DNA of 60,558 nucleotides, the filler included, from Ranitomeya imitator (lineage: Eukaryota): assembly GCF_032444005.1 (NCBI RefSeq). It is 5 parts of 4 records of this genome, joined end to end, with 100 filler letters (N's around TTAATTAATTAA, not from the genome) between each part and the next. Parts side by side here need not be neighbours in the genome. Positions count along the whole stretch, not along the records: positions 37,468 to 60,558 come from NC_091285.1; 4 more parts are not named here. One strand, written 5' to 3'. Position numbers and translations under genes: made by a program. Positions 57,621-60,558 of the stretch are shown here, in pieces. The notes beneath the pieces are model-generated. The model searched no databases. It was not told the origin of the DNA and saw only the letters and a list, made by a program, of their open reading frames with translations. How positions within the stretch are numbered: position 1 is the first letter of the stretch; each line of letters starts with the position of its first letter.

Positions 57621-60558
57621 AGTTGGGCAGCGGCTTGACCCTCCGCGTTCATGAAGACTCATCAGAGCTGGAAGGTCATCAGTACGGAGGAAAGATGAGC
57701 GTTGGTTCGCCAGCTATAAAAAAAAATTCTGCCAGAAGTAAGGAGATTTCTTTCATCTGGGGAGGAGGATGAGCTTCAGGCAGGAGAAAGTATTTCTCCC
57801 TTACTAAACCGTAAAGTGGCCGGCAGAAAAAAGTGGAAATGGTTTGTTAAGTCGAGGACAAAGCAACTTCCTGAAAGTAATCAAGGCCGGAAAAGCGCAG
57901 AAAAGTCAGGAAAGTCACTCTACAAAATGAGCTTCTTGTTATAAAAGTTAATAAAATTGATTGTAAAAAGAAAAAAATAATGTAGGGGAAAGTGTCGCAA
58001 ATACATTTATTCCTAAAAATTTCTAAAACTAACATAAAACAATCAAACTTTAAAAAAAAAAAATACTAAGAGTTTCATGAGCATTTTAACCACATACTAT
58101 ATATGCAGTTTTATAATACTACACATTATTATACAGGGTGCCTAAAGAAAAAAGGATGTTACAAAAAATATTAATATTACAACCACCAAAATAGGTTTAG
58201 TTACTCTTTGTGTCTGCTTAGTGAGTCCTACAAGAGGAAAATTGTGACAGTAAAGTTGGCCACTTGCCCAGTCAAAAGTGACAAATGTCATCATCAAGGT
58301 TGGTCAATTTCCGGATTTTGCATAGAACACAATGGGAGAACCAATTTACCTATTTTTCTCATAAGCCGATTAAAGAGTGTTCTCAGACTAGGCAAATGAA
58401 TGCATCAGCAGTAGAAAAATCAAACTAAATATACTTTTGCCTTTAGACAGGACCTTGAAGTTTAATTTATACAGAAAGTTGTTAAGTATCAGCCATCTCA
58501 TTAGATTTTTCTGTGTGTTATTCAGCCCAGCTAGTGGTGGAGAATACAGCTGCCTGTAAAGGGTTAAGCAGCTAGAGGACATAGCTGCTTGTAAAGGGTT
58601 GATTTGGCTTCAGGAGGACACAGCTGCTTGTAAAAGGTTAATTTGTAAGAAGAGGCAGAAAATAAAGCTACTTGTAAGGGTGATTGATTGCATGATCTGT
58701 GTCATGCTGCATGTATTAAAGACTCCACTCATCGTGATGTCCATAGGCTGCACAATTTTGAAACCAAATCGCTAGGCCATTAGGTTTTAGGTGAGGAAGA
58801 TACATCGGCTACTAAAGGAGTAATCTGCTAGAGGAGGAGGATATAATGTAAACTGTTCATGCTTGCATTATGGTGACTTTCATACACTGTTGGATCCTTA
58901 TACAATTGAGTACCACCAGTGTTCAAGCAGCCCCATTTGGTTTTAGCCGACATTTTGCTGAAAAAAATGATATATATTGGTAAAATAATATACATCATGC
59001 TTGCCAAGTCTCTCAGAATGTCTTGGCAAAATAGAGGAGTGCTTCCAAAACCATGGAAAAACTGGCAATTCTCCTGTGTATACACCAAATCCTTCACTGT
59101 GGCATACACAGGCATTAAGGGAGGTGGCCTAAAAGGGGGAATGGTGAATTGGTGCCACATTCTACCCTCTCTCGGAAGTACATGTTGGGGACTAATATCC
59201 AGTTAATAGTATGTTTTGTTTTTTATTAAAATCTATTCCCTGGGTCAAAGAAGAATTAAAAAATAGAGACACATGTGAGATATGTTTGCATGACATCCAT
59301 ATATCCTCCATATTCAACATGGAGATGGATGCACATACACACCGCTCAGTCTATTAGAATTATCCAATCTCCTATTCATCAAATTCAGCCTCGATGGCCA
59401 CCTCACTTTGCAGATCATGGGATCCTGTTGTTAACTTAGCTGCTGGTCCCAGAGATGACACTTGCGTCTATAAGACATTAATCCTTGCGGGCATGCCTTA
59501 AATGTCCATTTTCACAATACCCCTTAAAACATGCCCCAGGATCCTCGGACTAGTGACCGATAAACTGGTACGTCAGTGGTTCTTCCCACTGGACATGGGA
59601 ATCGCCTTGTATTTATTTGGTGTATTTGTACAAAAAAAGTGCATTCAGCCTAATAATACGCCAAGACTCCGGTTCTGCGCCCACAACTCCATTAATAGAG
59701 TGATCACGGGAATAGAGGCCATCATATAAAATATTCAGCGAGCATCAATATTCAGTTTGGAGCTAATGGTTCTGAAATTCTCTTGGATTCTCATTCATCA
59801 TCTTAGCTGAAAGATTGTACTAACTGATTGAGGAAGAATTTAGTACGGCCGGCGGAGTTTTCCGGGAGGTCCCCGAGCAGCGGTGTATTTTTCAAGTATC
59901 CATTAATATTTTGCCTGTGCTGATCTCAAGGAGTGTCTGTAACTGATATGACCCCATATAAAACTGGGGCTCAATATATAGGTAGCTACCCTGTAAGTCA
60001 ATGTCTAACCTAATAAAGAGCCTCGAAACAGGACTAGGGATGGAGGTGATTTTATGATATGTATCGGCTAAGGACAACAGATAGAATGTCATCCAAAAAA
60101 AGCAACCCTCGCAAACATTTTTCAGTTTTCTAGAAGAGCCCCTGAAATCTGCCTACTCCAAACCTAAAGCCTTGATGTACATAATGATTTTTTTATACCT
60201 TAGACTGCAGCAATGATAATAGAGAATGTTCAACATCTAGCTGAAGGGTTTCACCATCATCGCAGACAGGGATTCTTTACTGTAAGAGCAGTGAAATGAA
60301 TGGGACTTTCTACCACACAATGGTTGATTTCATTCATCATCTTCTGGAGTAGTCTTGATGCCTTCTTGAAAATAAAATATATAAAAGGTTATGAGTGCTA
60401 CATTTTTACAGATGGAACGTTGTTCTGGGATTTGCTCAGCGATTATTAGGATTTTTTTCCCCTAATATGGGGCAATTCTCTTATGACTCGAGAGGTTGGC
60501 CTTCTTCTGGATCATCGAGTTAGAATTATAGGTTTGACAAGGTGGACCTGTGTCTTTT

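Noticed and set aside
58800-60500. Possible degenerate L1-like ORF2 on the minus strand
   Set aside because: Only vague peptide resemblance with many stops; it cannot be supported without an HMM search.

Overview
Vertebrate (anuran-like, by inference) genomic DNA from a draft scaffold with six assembly gaps. Four of the gaps carry an artificial TTAATTAATTAA six-frame-stop linker. Two spliced host genes lie on the minus strand. The first is the 5' half of ZFYVE9/SARA: four coding exons at 30621-26320 with consistent splice phases, encoding the N-terminus, FYVE finger and Smad-binding domain. The second is the 5' end of a probable TTLL4 tubulin glutamylase, with a CpG-rich promoter and first exon near 18.5-18.7 kb and a 1.2-kb first coding exon at 11612-10381. 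The downstream ZFYVE9 exons are absent, and the two genes meet across a gap. The rest is a dense, often nested, transposon landscape: Penelope-like elements (one forming a large inverted structure), several Tc1/mariner copies (one with an uninterrupted ORF), a Harbinger transposase gene plus matching MITEs, CR1, L2 and RTE fragments, a DIRS-like end, two related solo LTRs with 6-bp TSDs, a piggyBac-like non-autonomous element and many tandem repeats. The most striking observations are a complete canonical minimal type I hammerhead ribozyme at 32349-32393 and a near-perfect foldback element with CAC termini and a 7-bp TSD (Galileo/P-like signature) abutting the TTLL4 promoter. Gene names rest on recalled protein motifs; no database search was run.
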